A stretch of 64,000 nt of DNA, taken from contig NW_003314310.1 of NCBI RefSeq assembly GCF_000143415.4, forward strand, positions 285,904-349,903, given 5' to 3'. Source of the stretch: Selaginella moellendorffii (lineage: Eukaryota; Plantae; Lycopodiophyta). The translations under genes were made by a program, and so were the position numbers. The notes beneath the pieces were generated by a model. That model saw only the letters and a program-made list of their open reading frames with translations, had not been told where the DNA came from and searched no databases. Numbering within the stretch: the first letter of the stretch is position 1; every line of letters begins with the position of its first letter. Shown here one piece after another: positions 1 to 12,900 of this stretch.

Positions 1-1110
1 CGGGTAGATGCGTTAATTACTCAAGTTTTATTCCACTATCATGATTGTCTAGAGGCCAGTCATTTGGGGGGAAGAAGACATATGAATTGATTAAGTGCAA
101 TTTTTATTGGAGGAATATGAAAGCTGATATCCTCAAGTATTGTAAATCATGCAAACTCTGTCAGTGGGTTAAGATGCCACAGGAGAAGCCGGGGGGTCTT
201 TTGCAACCTTTATTTATTCCTCAAAGCCATTGGTGTAGTATCTCTATGGACTTCATCACTTGTTTGCCACAAATACAGAGGCAAAAAGAGCAAGTATGGG
301 TCATAGTGGATCTGTTGACAAAGTATGTGCAGTTGTTGGCTCTTCGGAAGACTGTCACTGCCTCAGACTTTGCTACGATTTACTTGGAGAAGGTTTTTTC
401 TAATTTTGGTTTGCCGGAGGACATCATTAGTGATCGAGATTCAAAGTTCACCAATGGATTTTGGAAGAGCTTTACAAAGGCTATGCAAGTGACTTTCAAA
501 CTTTTAAGTTGAGATCATCCTCAGATGGATGGGTAAACCGAGCATGTGAATCAGGTGGTGGAGGATATGCTACGTTGTAGCATTGGTCAAAGGCAAGGAC
601 AATGGGATTTATATCTTTCATTGGTGCAATTTGCTTACAACAATAGCCAACACAGTAGAACCAAGCTAAATCCTTACTTGCCATGTTTGGAAGGCATCCC
701 CGAACAGCAGTGGAGTTGGGATTGCATTTGAGTAAGGACGTTCAAGATAAGCTTGATTCTGAGATGACTGATCTGGCCATAAAACTTGATGAGATTCTGG
801 TAGTGTGCAAACAGAATTTGAAGGTAGCTCAGGATAGAGCGGAGAAGTTTGCTAATGAGCATTGCCAATTCCAGGAATATAAGATAGGTGATCTTGTCTT
901 CGTGTGAGTAATCTTTCATCAAGTGAGTGGTAGAACACATTGGTGCCTTTACGGACAGGGAAGAGTGATAAACTTTCTCATCGATATGTTGGTCCATATG
1001 AAGTGCTGGAGCGCATTGGTAAAGTGGCTTATCGAGTATAGCTGCCAGCTGAGGTGAAAATTCTTCTGGTAATTTATGTCAGCCAGTTGAAAGGTGTACT
1101 ATCTCGAAGT
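1..1110 (+). pseudogene. Ty3/gypsy integrase remnant (HHCC finger, DDE core, GPY/F), frameshifted
   Basis: ORFs 45-512 (CKSCKLCQ, ISMDFIT, IISDRDSKFT), 546-731 and 683-907, then a GPYEVLERIGKVAYR-like segment at ~990-1035; several stops and frameshifts. Confidence 0.9.
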
Positions 1111-1241
1111 GACAGGCCCAATGCCTCCTTGATGTATATGGTTGTGGAAGATAAACCAGGAGCTTGAGCTGGGTTCCCCAGAAAGGGTGATCACCGGTAC
1201 AACTTGTCCTTGGGATAAGGACTTTGTTGGGGGAGAATAAT

Positions 1242-1472
1242 TGTTAGGTGCTAGTTTTGACTATGTGGTCAACGTTGGTCAAAGGGAGGCTCAAGGGCAT
1301 ATTAAGGCATGTTAGGGTAAAAGACTCCTACCCTAGGGCTTACAGTGGAGCGGTAGTGCAGTGGAGCTTTTGAGGTAGCTTGGGGGTAGTTGGGATGTGA
1401 GGAACCTCAAGAGGTGGCATAGCATAGTTTAGGGCGGCTAGATCTTTGTCTTTTTTGTGACGGATCATAATA
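1242..1472 (+). mobile_element. 3' LTR of the integrase-bearing Gypsy remnant
   Basis: Follows the purine tract GGGGGAGAATAAT; begins TGTTA; homologous to 6223-6455 (TGTTA...TAACA). Confidence 0.65.
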
Positions 1473-1709
1473 GGTTACTAACACTAGCAAGTGTAAATTA
1501 ATGAATAAGTTTCTCTAACTAAGTTAAGTGCTTGACTAATAACACTTAAGAATTCCATCCTTATGCTCATTTGGTCAAGTGCACACATGAAGACCAGTTT
1601 CTTAACTAACTTAGGTAAAAACTAAAAAAAGGTCCAGCAATATTGACCTCCTACAATTGTGGCAGTAAGGAAAAAATATCCTAGAGGACTAACCGACAAA
1701 TAACTTTCG

Positions 1710-4700
1710 ATGGAGGCTACTAGGGGCATGGTAGCTGCTCCTACTGCTCCTTAGTCTGGTGGTGCAAGGAAGCTAGTGGTGGTGAGAGATTATGCATGCA
1801 TGATTCTGACACCATCTTGAATGATCATGTTCAGGATACGATCATCCAAGCTCAAGAAAGGATAGTCAGTAAAGTGTTACAGGAAATGGCATGGAATAGC
1901 CCTCATCGTTTTCTAGTTCCTTTGTGTTGATTGGTTTAAAGCCATTGGGTGCATTCAGCTTATGACCTCAACATAGCTATCTATAGCTCCTTTGTTGAGG
2001 TGGGGTTTGGGAGCACAATTGGTACCTTCATCGTTTCACCAACTTTCTCTAGAACCTACTAGATAGAGCTAGTGACTATTGAACTTAGTTGCGAAGTCTT
2101 GTGAGTTTGATGGATTCTTAGGACAATATATGGAGACAACAGGGTTCATTGGAAAACTCTTTTGGGTGATCGATGGAAACCATAAGTGGTTGGCATTTTG
2201 GAAGTGCATTCAAGAGAAGTTCCAAGATGATGAACAATGACACATTAGTGTAATAGTCACACTTGTCAAACCAATGAATCGGGAGCACACTGTGAAGCCT
2301 AACATGGCATGCCATAAGATCAACATGTAAGAATTTATTTTTTGTAAACTTAGCCAATATCGTGTTTTTGTAGGCTAAACCAATTTGCATTTCAAGCTCA
2401 TACATTGGTATATAACATTGAGCACCTTCAGTTTATTGGCATGCTCTCACTAGAGGAGGTCCAAACCTTGTACAATCATGAGGTATTTGAAGTAATTTGA
2501 ATGAAGCTAGCAACTAGGAAAGGCCAAGAATTGCAGACTTGGTACCAACTACCACTTGATTTTCTAGTTGCTTTCTGGGTGAAGGTAAATTAGTGTTGAA
2601 GTATGTACTGACTTACATAATGTTTCTTACAGCCCATAGTAAAAGGAGAAAGAGCCTCATTCTTTAAAAATGCCCAAGGGGACGAGCAGCAGAAGGAGAT
2701 GGAGTGGCATGCAATTGAGCAGCGAATTTTGAATACAAAGAGAACAAAGGTGAAAAAGTTGCTATCGATTGTAGACATACAATGCGAGCAGGAATGGCTT
2801 GATAGCATTGCCAAGATTTGTTCTCGTGTTTGTAAGTTCTTTTAAAATTTGTGAAACATTTCATAAATCTTTGTGTGTGTAGGAACTGGTAAAGCACCGG
2901 AGGAACTCATTTACAACATCTCCAAGAGTAAAATGTCCTTTGCTGAACAAAGTGTCTACTTGGAACTTCTCAACACTTGGCTGTGAAACAACAAAAAATA
3001 TTGCAAGATAAAGATGGAGAAGGTGATGAAGGAGAAGGCATACATTTCTCAAAGTATTGCCACTGATTAAGAGGACCTACAAGTCTGGGACGAGAAGTTT
3101 TTTTCCAGCACCCGCATAGGTATCACTCTTGAAGAATATATTCATGCTTGTCTTATAGAGCTAGGGAATAGTTGGCTTCCATGTGGTGGGACGAATTCAA
3201 CTGAGTTCAAGAACCAACAAAGACAACCATTTCTTTTGAGGAGCATGGTTTATAGGTATTTTTTCTCAATTCTCATTTATATATTGGTATTTATATTTTT
3301 GTTTTACTTTGTAGATATTTAAAATATTACCCCGGTGTAGAGCAGATGCCGACATCGAACTTTGAGCTGGATCTCTACCTTGAATGTCATCCAGGTTCAT
3401 TTGAAACTCAGCACTTAGCTAGGAAATATTAACCTTGAGTTATATTCTTATTTTTCAGAGGCTCTTTCTAACTGTGATAACGACGTTGTTGAAGTTCAAC
3501 AACTAAACTTAGGAGTCCACACTCAAAAAACCATTCAGGAGATGCCAAATCCAAATACCATTGAACCAAAGGAAACTATACAAGAGATTCTAGCACAAGA
3601 GATTCCAGTACCTGCTCCTTGCAACCCCTGAAGAGGTTGTCATGAAGCCTTTCATGAGAGTAAGGACTTTGATTTGGAACATTCTTTTATTCCTTCTTGA
3701 CTTCACTTTTTTATTTTATAGATGTTGCAGAGAGCACCCATCAGTCTTCTTGGCAAACTAAGACATTCTTCCCATCCCTCCCTACAGCTACAGACAACGA
3801 CCTGGAAGAGCTTTCCTTTGCAGCTATGCATAAATAGGTTAGTAAGCATGAATTATCTCCAACTTTTAGTTCTAATAATTGTTTTTCAGGTTTGCCCTCT
3901 ATCCCCAATGGCCAGTGTTCGGGAAGTTGCTGTTCTCATTGAGGATTACACGCAGCTTTTAGATGCTACTAGTCAAGAGCTCTACATGCTTGATCAATGG
4001 ATCTATAGTCTGGGTCAGCTCACACCTTATGGGAAGATCGATTTCACCTTTTTCGATCTTCCCGATGGGATGCCACCACCACAGGGGGATACTTTGTCAT
4101 GGAATGTGTTGCAAGCCTAACACATTTCCCAAGCCTTAAAGGTTGTGAGCAACTTCGTGACATATGAAGGTGTGGTTGTCATGATCCTTCCCCGCTCTCT
4201 AATGTGGGAAGGCCTTCTCGCATACTTGGCTGACAATGATGATAGTTTTGTCGAGTTTTCATTTGGCTGCCTTCTTTCGAGTATGGTGGTGGACATAAAA
4301 GGCACTAGTGGGTAGAAGTGAAAGGTGTGTGACTTCTTTATTTACAAATTAACTCTATTCTATTTTTTTTCCAGGTTTATTCCTGGAACTATCGTGCTTT
4401 ATGCCACATTGGGAACCAGTGTAATGCCACACGAGCTAACGAGCATGCTACTCTTGCTTTACCAGGATATGATAGTTCTACAAATGTCATCCCAAATGTG
4501 ATTGACATGGACGTTCTTCACCCAGCATTCCCTAGTTATCGACATCGTTCGGTCATGGCCATGTAGATCTTGTTGGAGTTATTCTGTCCACCAAAGGGGA
4601 TTGTGCTTGATGCTTTAGTAGGATTTGGGTGAATGGTGTAGGCAGCGAAAGAGATAGGCTGAGCTGTTTTTGCACTTGAGAAGGAGGATGCCTTCTTGGA

Positions 4701-4985
4701 TATTCTTAGGAGATTTGTGACAGGTGATGTTAGTGCTTGAAATAATCTATAATATTTATTCTTAAATGTTTCTATTTCATTAGGTCTACACTTATCACAC
4801 ACAATGTTTCAGTCCACACACTTGATCCTGATGATATGGATGATCATATGGACCGAAGTCAATTCCACTTACCTATTTATGGTGAACACATGGCACAACA
4901 TTACATACAACACGAGCCTATAGTGAAAGAGTATTCCACTATACCCATTTATGCTTTTGTGGATATGGAAGCAGAAGAATATTGA
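1710..4985 (+). pseudogene. Multi-exon ParB-like domain + beta-class N4C/N6A DNA methyltransferase-like gene (decayed), transposon cargo, copy 1
   Basis: Manual translation gives FWVIDGNHKWLAFW at ~2160-2200 (ParB/Srx DGxHR box), KIDFTFFDLPDG at 4034-4069 (motif IV-like), FVTYEGVVVMILP (motif VI-like), and LLELFCPPKGIVLDALVGFG..AAKEIG*AVFALEKE at ~4570-4690 (motifs X/I/II). GT-AG introns; many in-frame stops. Boundaries are approximate. Confidence 0.7.
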
Positions 4986-5219
4986 ATATATTCTGATTTT
5001 AATATTAATTATATTGTTTAATATATTATTTTCTTTCTTTGTAGACTAAAAGATTAGTTCATGTCAAACCAATAATCTACATGAGCTTATGGAATACCTT
5101 AAACACTTAGATTTTATATTAAAAATTCTTGGTTCGCGACAAACTAAGGTAGTGCCATTAAACTTTCGCTAGTTAGAGGATTGTATTGACTTCCTTTGAC
5201 TTTTGTTGACTTTTGTTAA

Positions 5220-5261
5220 CTTTCATTGACTTGAGTTCAGTGTAAAAACTACCCAGCCCCC
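5220..5261. repeat. Putative terminal (TIR) sequence of the MTase-carrying DNA transposon, copy 1
   Basis: Nearly the same sequence (ctttcattgacttgag...aaaaactac(c/t)cagccc) ends the homology with copy 2 at 25671-25712. Confidence 0.6.
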
Positions 5262-5262
5262 A

Positions 5263-6025
5263 TTGTGGGCCTTTCGGATGTCAATCAAGACATCCATCTC
5301 CGCTACCCCATTCTCTCTTATCTATGGGATAGAGACTATGCTTCCAATGGAGATCCAGCTGCCATCACTTTCACTTTCGCTTCGATATGCAATAGTGGTG
5401 CAACTTAGCAATGAGGATAAGCTTCTTGTTGTGACTTGGGCAATGCATCCCTTCTTTTACCTATCTTTCTTTCTCGATTTTGGCTAATCCTTGGAGCATA
5501 CTTAAAGTCATCACGAGGCTGCATTTATATATTACACTTTCCTAAGCCAAAATCCAAGTATGGGTTAAGTTCTTTGGGTTTTTCTTCTCTTTCCATACTT
5601 TTCTTCACTTTTTCTTTTACATCAGGGTTTAGTTTGACTATAGGGTTTCCTACTGGGTTTTCCTCCTTATCTTTAAACTTACAAACCCTAGAAAATAAAG
5701 TGGGAAAAGAAAGAAAAGGGGGTAGATGTGATTATTTCACACAATTACTAGCACTTGGCATTAGCAATAGAGTTACACTCTACACTCTTTAGAGGACTTT
5801 TGTGCCTTTGGAGTCAACACGATCCCTCGTGGTTGCATGTTAAGGCATGGCCACTTAGAGAGTGTGAGAGTGAGAGAGAGAATACTCTGATTCCTAGAAT
5901 ATTCCCCATCCTCCTTGTATAAAACCCTTACCCCACAAGGGCAAAGGGGGGCATTTGTGAAGAGCATTAGAGCATTTCTCATGTTTGAGCAAGCATTGGG
6001 GGAGGTGCCCCACCTTCCCCTAACA
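5263..6025 (+). mobile_element. 3' fragment of the Tat-like element (integrase C-terminus, 3' UTR, LTR 5838-6025)
   Basis: ORF 5263-5487 (WAFRMSIKTSISATPFSLIYG) is nearly the same as the integrase at 12299-12745; the LTR is the reverse complement of 10387-10582. Confidence 0.8.
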
Positions 6026-6029
6026 CCAA

Positions 6030-6455
6030 CTAAAATGAAAATTCATTTGGTATTTTATGTTAGCCAGTTGAAAGGTGTACTATCTTGGAGTGAAAAGCCT
6101 AATGCCTCCTTGATATATATGGCTATGGAAGATGGACCAAAAGCTTGAGTAGGTTTCCCTAGAAATAGCGATCATTGATACAACTCGTTCTTGAGACAAA
6201 GACTTGTTGGGGGGGGAAGAATTGTTATCTTCCAGCTTTGACCATATGGTCAACATAGGTTAAAGGGAATATCTCAAGGGTATATTAAGGCATGTTAGGG
6301 TAAGGAATTTAACTTTACCTAGGACTTACAGTGGAGCGGTGGCATAATAGAGCTTTTGAGGTAGCTCGAGGGTGGTTGGGTGGTGAGGAATCAAGAGGAG
6401 GTGTAGCATAGTCTAAGGAGAATAGATATTTGTCTTTTAGTGCCAGATCTTAACA
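6030..6455 (+). mobile_element. Second 3' remnant of the Gypsy family seen at 1-1472, LTR 6223-6455
   Basis: Collinear with 1055-1472; PPT GGGGGGGGAAGAAT followed by TGTTA...TAACA. Confidence 0.75.
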
Positions 6456-6804
6456 AGTGTAAAGATTTTAAGACAATGTAGGACTTTTAAGATTGTAGAA
6501 TAATATAGTTTTATATTTCTAATAGATCTCATCATAGAGATTGAAACCTCCAAAACCTAAAGATAATTGAATGGGGAGATTTCTTCTACATTACCAAAAT
6601 CATTTGCCACTTTGTTCTAGAATGTTTTCTTTGCTGACGTTTCAATCTTTGTCTTGGCTCTATATAATTGGAAGTTATGATTTGCAATAATACCAGCATA
6701 GTTGAATGCTTAAAGTTTCTTCTTTTGGGAATATATAAGGTGCATAATATTGGGGATTTACAACATTCCAAATCCAAAAAGACTTGAGATTTTGAATAAG
6801 TGCT

Positions 6805-6965
6805 TGTAACAGACCTTATCTTTCTCTCTTTAAGTCAACCAAAGAAAGAGTAATTTTTTTATGAGAAAGTCTTTAACGGTTATATTATCCCCATTCATCC
6901 CTTAAGGTTCCAAGGATTCATAATGACAGTATATCTAAATCTCATCCCATGATCACATTATTACA
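6805..6965 (-). mobile_element. Degenerate solo LTR of the 162-bp TRIM family
   Basis: TGTAA...TTACA; collinear with 56776-56937; no TSD recognisable. Confidence 0.7.
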
Positions 6966-8099
6966 TTAGCTACAAATCTGCCAACTTTGACTTTACTAAT
7001 ATTCAAAGCTGTTTGCAATGCTTTTCAATTTTCCCACCTCTTTGTTGATATGCACTTGTTTTCGTATAGGCCTTTAAGTGAGCTCCTATCCACATACAAT
7101 AGCAACATCTTCTTTGAGCTATTACCTTTTGTTAATTCAAAGTGAAAGAGGATGGAGACTAAGGAAGAGATCCATAATTGGTGCAAGATTAAAATCACAC
7201 ACTTTTAGCATTTCAAAAGTATGGTGTTTATAGTTCATTGTGGTGAGTATTTGGATTATGGATGAAACATGTAATTGAGATTACAGTATAAATTCTACCT
7301 TTTTTGAAGAACCTACAATCAATCCACCCACCCATAACATCATTGGTGTTAGATTCAATTTTCGATTTTGCAAGAATACTTCATTATATTGTTCTATTTT
7401 TGAAGCTAAGATATATTACTTTCTTCTTTAGGATGGAGAGACTATTAGAACTATAGCATATGTTAGCACACATGCATATCCAATACAAAAAAGAATGTAA
7501 AGGAGTTCACTAAATTTTTTCAAAGGTTATGTGTAGATAGAGATCATTTGAAACTCATCTACATCTCTAAAGCATATTCAGAAGATTGTGCTCAAGGATT
7601 TCATCACAAATACCCTACTTAATCTGTGTTGTTAGAAGACTCAATTGGAGGATGCTAATTTATGGGACCTGCTACAATGCATACAACCTACTACTAGCTT
7701 TAGGAGGTAAGCAAATACTATTTTGTACTTTATAATCATATCTTTCTTATATATTATCTTGATTTGTATGACTTTTTTCAGTGAGGTTTGTTTCTATACA
7801 AGTTTATCCATAGAAGTTTGTTTCTAAACTAAGTTATTAATGAATAAGTAAGCCTTTTTATCTTGAAGATGTCTACAATGGGCTCTACCTTTAGTGTAGA
7901 TTTTATCTCTCAAATAAATATATCTAGATCAAATGATCTTGCTAATGGATAGACATATTTTTGTCAACCAGGTTTTACTTATTTATTCTCTATAAAATTG
8001 TAGAGTCTAGTTTCAACATGCTTGAAACTAGAAAAGAGAAAATAGGGTGGTGAGGGGGCTAGAGCTGAATTGAAGCTCAAGTCTGTATCCCTTATGGTC

Positions 8100-9990
8100 T
8101 ATGTGGTTGAAATCCCTAATGGGGAATTTGAGGGACTTGAGGAGATACATGTTCCATTGCTCCTGGACAACTCGTGCTAGAGTCATAGTGGTGGTTTCCA
8201 TATCCATTCATCTTTGCCAGCCTTGCTTCTGTATCTAAAGAACGGCTAGAGAGCTCATTCTTGAGCAATCTTTCCTTTGTTCCCTCTCTTCGTCAGTGTG
8301 TCTACTCAAGATGCCAGTGCAACAATTATGTACGACCAAACCTTTGAGATTGTTGCCTAAGCTGAGGGGTTCTTGTTGTTGAACATCCTATTATAGTGGG
8401 CCTTCCAGATCTCTGCTAGAGTACGTCCCTTGAGTACATCAAAGAGCTCCTAATAGAGATGTGTGAGGTGAGCTCACGTTCGGTTGAGTTGGTCAAAGTG
8501 GGGGTGTTCATTGTGCCTCCATTTCCAGACGTTTGAACATTTTGTCTTCCCTTGCAGAAAGCTGCCTTATAGTGCTGATTCATAGGTTACTATTGTGCCT
8601 CCTTGAGAAGTTTGCTTGAGGATTGCCATGGCTCCTTCCCAGACTTCCTGTGCTGTTGAGCACTCCCGTAATACTGGTCATTGTGTCTCCTTTTCTCCAC
8701 ATATGGTGCACGCCGTGTTTGGGAGGTGTATTGCCGCGAATGAGGGGAGTCATTCCTGCTGGGCCAGCCACATGAACTAGTGGGTTTTGGCAGACTAGCG
8801 GCCTTTCCAGATCTTGTTCACACACTGTGAGTAGTTCTAAGGGAGGATCTATTGTGCTCTTGCTTTTTTGATAAAAGTGGACTGAGCCAGGGGGTGAATC
8901 ATTCTTCAGCTGAACTTGGTTTTATACTGAAAGAACCCTTTGCATGTGTCCTTCCATTCCCACTCTACTCGATCCAACTTTAGTTCTTTCAGAGTCTGGT
9001 TGTGGAACCAATAAAGTCTGGCATACTATCATTTCAAAAATTGTTGGGTCTATGCATGCTGTCTTCTTCTCCATCTAGATGATGTGGATGGGCTTGGCAT
9101 TGGTCATATCTCGGAGTTCCTCATATTCTAGGTGAATATGGGCCCACATATCCCACCTCAAAGATCAGGTCAGAGGCCCTGCCAAGGGGGTGCACAGATG
9201 ATAGTGTCATTTAAATCCACCATCAATGGTCTGAAGTGTCAAGTATCTATAGTGTCTCAAGGCACGCTTGCTGGGCTTTGTGGAAGGTAGTTTAGAATTT
9301 TCACATTCTGTGCTCTGAGACGTCTAGGCCGTAGAAGGCTTTGATCCGGTCACAGTTGTTAGCCGTCTGCTATTCTTGGATCATAGTATCAATCTTTGCG
9401 AATGTGTGCATACTCATTTTGCATAGGTCCCTACAGGTTTGGTCTAGGCCTCAATCCTCAATCTTCCGTTTCACTAAGCATTTTTCCTTTGACTTAGAAC
9501 CACTTGTTGAGGAAGATTGGTTGTCGGTCTAGATGTTCTTTGGGCTGTAGTTGTTTTCACTATAGCTTACATTTGAATTGGTTCCAGATCTTGAAGAGCT
9601 TCCTCATGAAAGTGCTGGCACCGAGTATTTTGACTTTAGCATGTGAGAACAACCATTGTTCATCTGGTGCCTTGTCCTGTTGTGTGTGCTCTTGGTGATG
9701 TGGGAGAATCTTGAGGAACTGGTGGCATAAAAGTAGCCTCCACAGCTGGTTTCCTGGCATAAGCATCCGCATGAAGATCTTGCAAAGGAGGGCCTTGCAT
9801 TGTTCCTGGATGTTGATGATGTTCAATCCTTCTTTGTGCTTAGGCAGTATGACTGACCACCAGTCCAATTTAGCACCACCCCGTGAGATATAGGAGGAGC
9901 CTTTCCAGACATATGTCCTGATCAATTGGTTCATCTCACAGATCATCCTTTGATCTAGGGCATAGGCACATTTTGACTACATAGAGTGGG
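8100..9990 (-). pseudogene. L1-type LINE ORF2 3' remnant
   Basis: ORF 9560-9946 (RTYVWKG...KLDWWSVILPKHKEGLNIINIQEQCKALLCK) matches the post-RT WxxVxxPKxxGGLGI...ALLxK block of plant L1. Lower boundary is approximate. Confidence 0.65.
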
Positions 9991-12900
9991 TATTGTGTTG
10001 AATAGCAATGGGAGCTATGTGTATAGTGTACCCCAAAACATCCTTGTAAATCTCAAATCTTTATTTGAGATCATTTCTTTGAGAAGTTGAGCCCAGGTAG
10101 GTTTTGAGCTCATGAGCTCACAACTTCTCAAACACATTGGTTCATCTTGAACCAACATCTTTTCATTTTATAAATTTTAATTTAGTCTATATTTCCAAGT
10201 AAATTCGACCAATAAAATACAAATATAAATATAGATCCAAACACTAAAAGCAATCTAGAAACACTTCTCAAGCTCGACAATTGTAATGCTTGCTTGATGG
10301 ATGTGATGGTTGATTTTAGGATCTTGGTTTAATTCCTGCATAAAAATGTAATAGATGTGCTTGTAGGTTAAATATACCTTTCCCCTTGTTGGGGGAAGGA
10401 GGGGCACTTCCCTAACGCTTGCTCAAACATGAAAAATGCTTTGATGCTCTCTGCAAAAAGCCCCCCCTTGCCCTTGAGAGGCAAGGGTTTTATAAAATGA
10501 AGATGGGGAATATTTTGAGGACCAGAATATTCCCTCTCTCTCTCTCTCACTCTCTCACTCTCTCAATGGCCACGCCGTAATATGCGACCATTGTGGATCA
10601 CACTGGCTCTAGACGTGCGAGGACCCTCTAAAGAGTGTAGAGTGTATCTGTGCTACTGATGCCAAGTGCTAGTAACTATGTGAAATAGTATAAACAAAGT
10701 GGAAAAAGAAAGAAAAAAAGTAAGTGTGAAGTTTGAAGACAGGGAGGAAAACCCGGTGGGAAACCCTGTAGTCAAACTGGACCCTGAAGTTAAAGAAAAG
10801 TGCAGAAAAAAATGTGAAAAGAGGAGAAAAATAGAGGAAAAAGAGTGAGTATCCAAAGAATTTAACTTGTATCTGGATTTCAGCTCAAGAAAGTGTAATA
10901 TGCAAATGCAGCCTCATAATGACTTCCGGTATGCTCCAAGGATTGGCTGAAATCCAAAAAGAAAAAGAGGTAGAAGAGGGGATGCATTGCCCAAGGGTGG
11001 TAAGTGTAGAAATGATGAAAGATGGAGTGATATGGTGGAGTGTCGAGATGGTAGTGGCACTCTGAAAAGGTGGCCATCTATAACCATTAGCCTGTAGAGT
11101 AAGTGCTGACCTCTCGGAGTAGCTGATAACTGGTAACCAGTAACTAAGAACCTGTAACCTGTAACTAGTAACCACCTGCTCTTGCTCCTACTCCTGCACC
11201 TACTCTAGCACCGATATGGTGGAGTGATACAGTGGAGCGCCAAGATGGTGGCACTTTGAGAAGGTGGCCATCTTTGAAATATGAGTAAATGAAGAAGGCA
11301 ACAGCTGAAAAGGATGGCGTGGTCATTGGGTTGCCGGTAAAGGAGGGTGGCATGTGTTCACTAAGTGCTGGAGCAAAAGAAAGTGGCTTCAGCTTCAGTG
11401 GCTTCGCCCAAAGATCCACCTAGGTGCCTTGAGTGAACAGGTTCGCCCAGTTGGAAGAAAGTCGCTCCAGAAAAGCTAGTGCATCATCAGCAAATGGTCG
11501 TAAGGATATCTTGGAAATGGCACGTCCAAATGAGGTGGTGTCCTCTGCTGCTGGTGCATGTATGTGTGTCTGTGGTATGGTGTAAATATAACCTCAAGCA
11601 AAGATGTGAATGATGGTGAAAGAATGAAAAATGCAAGACAGGCATCTAGAGATAAATGTGGGAAACGCTACTGGAAGTGATTAGTGATTAAACTGTGAGT
11701 GTAGATGATATGGAATGAGTGAGGGGAATGTGTGGAGTGTAGTAATGGTAAGGAAAGGGCCAAAGAACCTAGAACATAGACCGAGCCAAGCGAGGAACCT
11801 CCATACAAACGGCAATGTAGCATGAGCATGAAATCCAAGGCATGGGCCATAGTCCAATGGGGAAACACCCTCTGAAAGTAAGAAAAGGAGTCATGACAGT
11901 AAAGTGAAAGAAAGGAAGAAAAAGAAAAAGAAAAAGAAGAGAAGAGGAACACCTCACCGGATGAAGCGTTTGACGTGAGAGTGGTTGTGAGCGTGTGGGA
12001 GCTCACGTCCCTCAGCATCAACTAACACGTATGCTTTGCCCCCGATGTGTCGCTGGACAAAGTAGGGGCCGGTCCAGCGACAGGAGAACTTCAAAGGTGG
12101 CATGAACTCCTTGAGTAGAACAAGATTGCCATTCTCTAATGGTTCGGCAGACCACTAGTGATCAATGGCAGACTTGATCTTCTGTTTGCCTCAATGGAGA
12201 TGTCCAGTCATAGATCGTCACTGTTTTTCCAAGGCAAGAACCTCCAAGTCACGTGCATGAAGCTTGTCCTCATTGCTAAATTGCATCGCTGCTGGATATC
12301 AAAGTGAAAGTGAGAGTGATGGCACTTGGATCTCCACTAGAAGCATGGCCTCTGTCCCATAGACAAGGGAGAATGGGGTTGTAGAGATGGATGTCTTGAA
12401 GGATGTCCGAAAGGCCCACAATGCCATAACCAAGTGCTCGTGCCAACGCCTCGGGTGATCCTCCACAAGCTTTGAGATGACTGTCTTCAATATCTTGTTG
12501 CTGGACTTGGCCTGGCCATTGCACTCAGGATAATAGCTGATGGTCTTCACGTGCTTGACCTGCAGTCGGTGGAGAAAATGCTGCATCATTTGTCCAAGGA
12601 AGCTGCTACCACGATCGGAAATCAAGATGGCAGGAACTCCGAATTGACAAATAATGTACTTGTAGACAAACTTTGCTGTAGATTGTTGATTTGCCTGTTG
12701 TAGAGGGGTGGCCTCAACCCATTTCATGAAATAGTCCATCGCCACGATGATGTATTGCTATCCTTTTGAGCTCGGTGGGTTGATCGGGTTGACGAAGTCA
12801 AGTCCCCATTGGAAAAAGGGACCCGGAAAAGTGATGAGCTAGAAAGGAAGACGTGGAACATGGCTCCGAGGGTTGAACTATTGGCATTGCTCACATGCCT

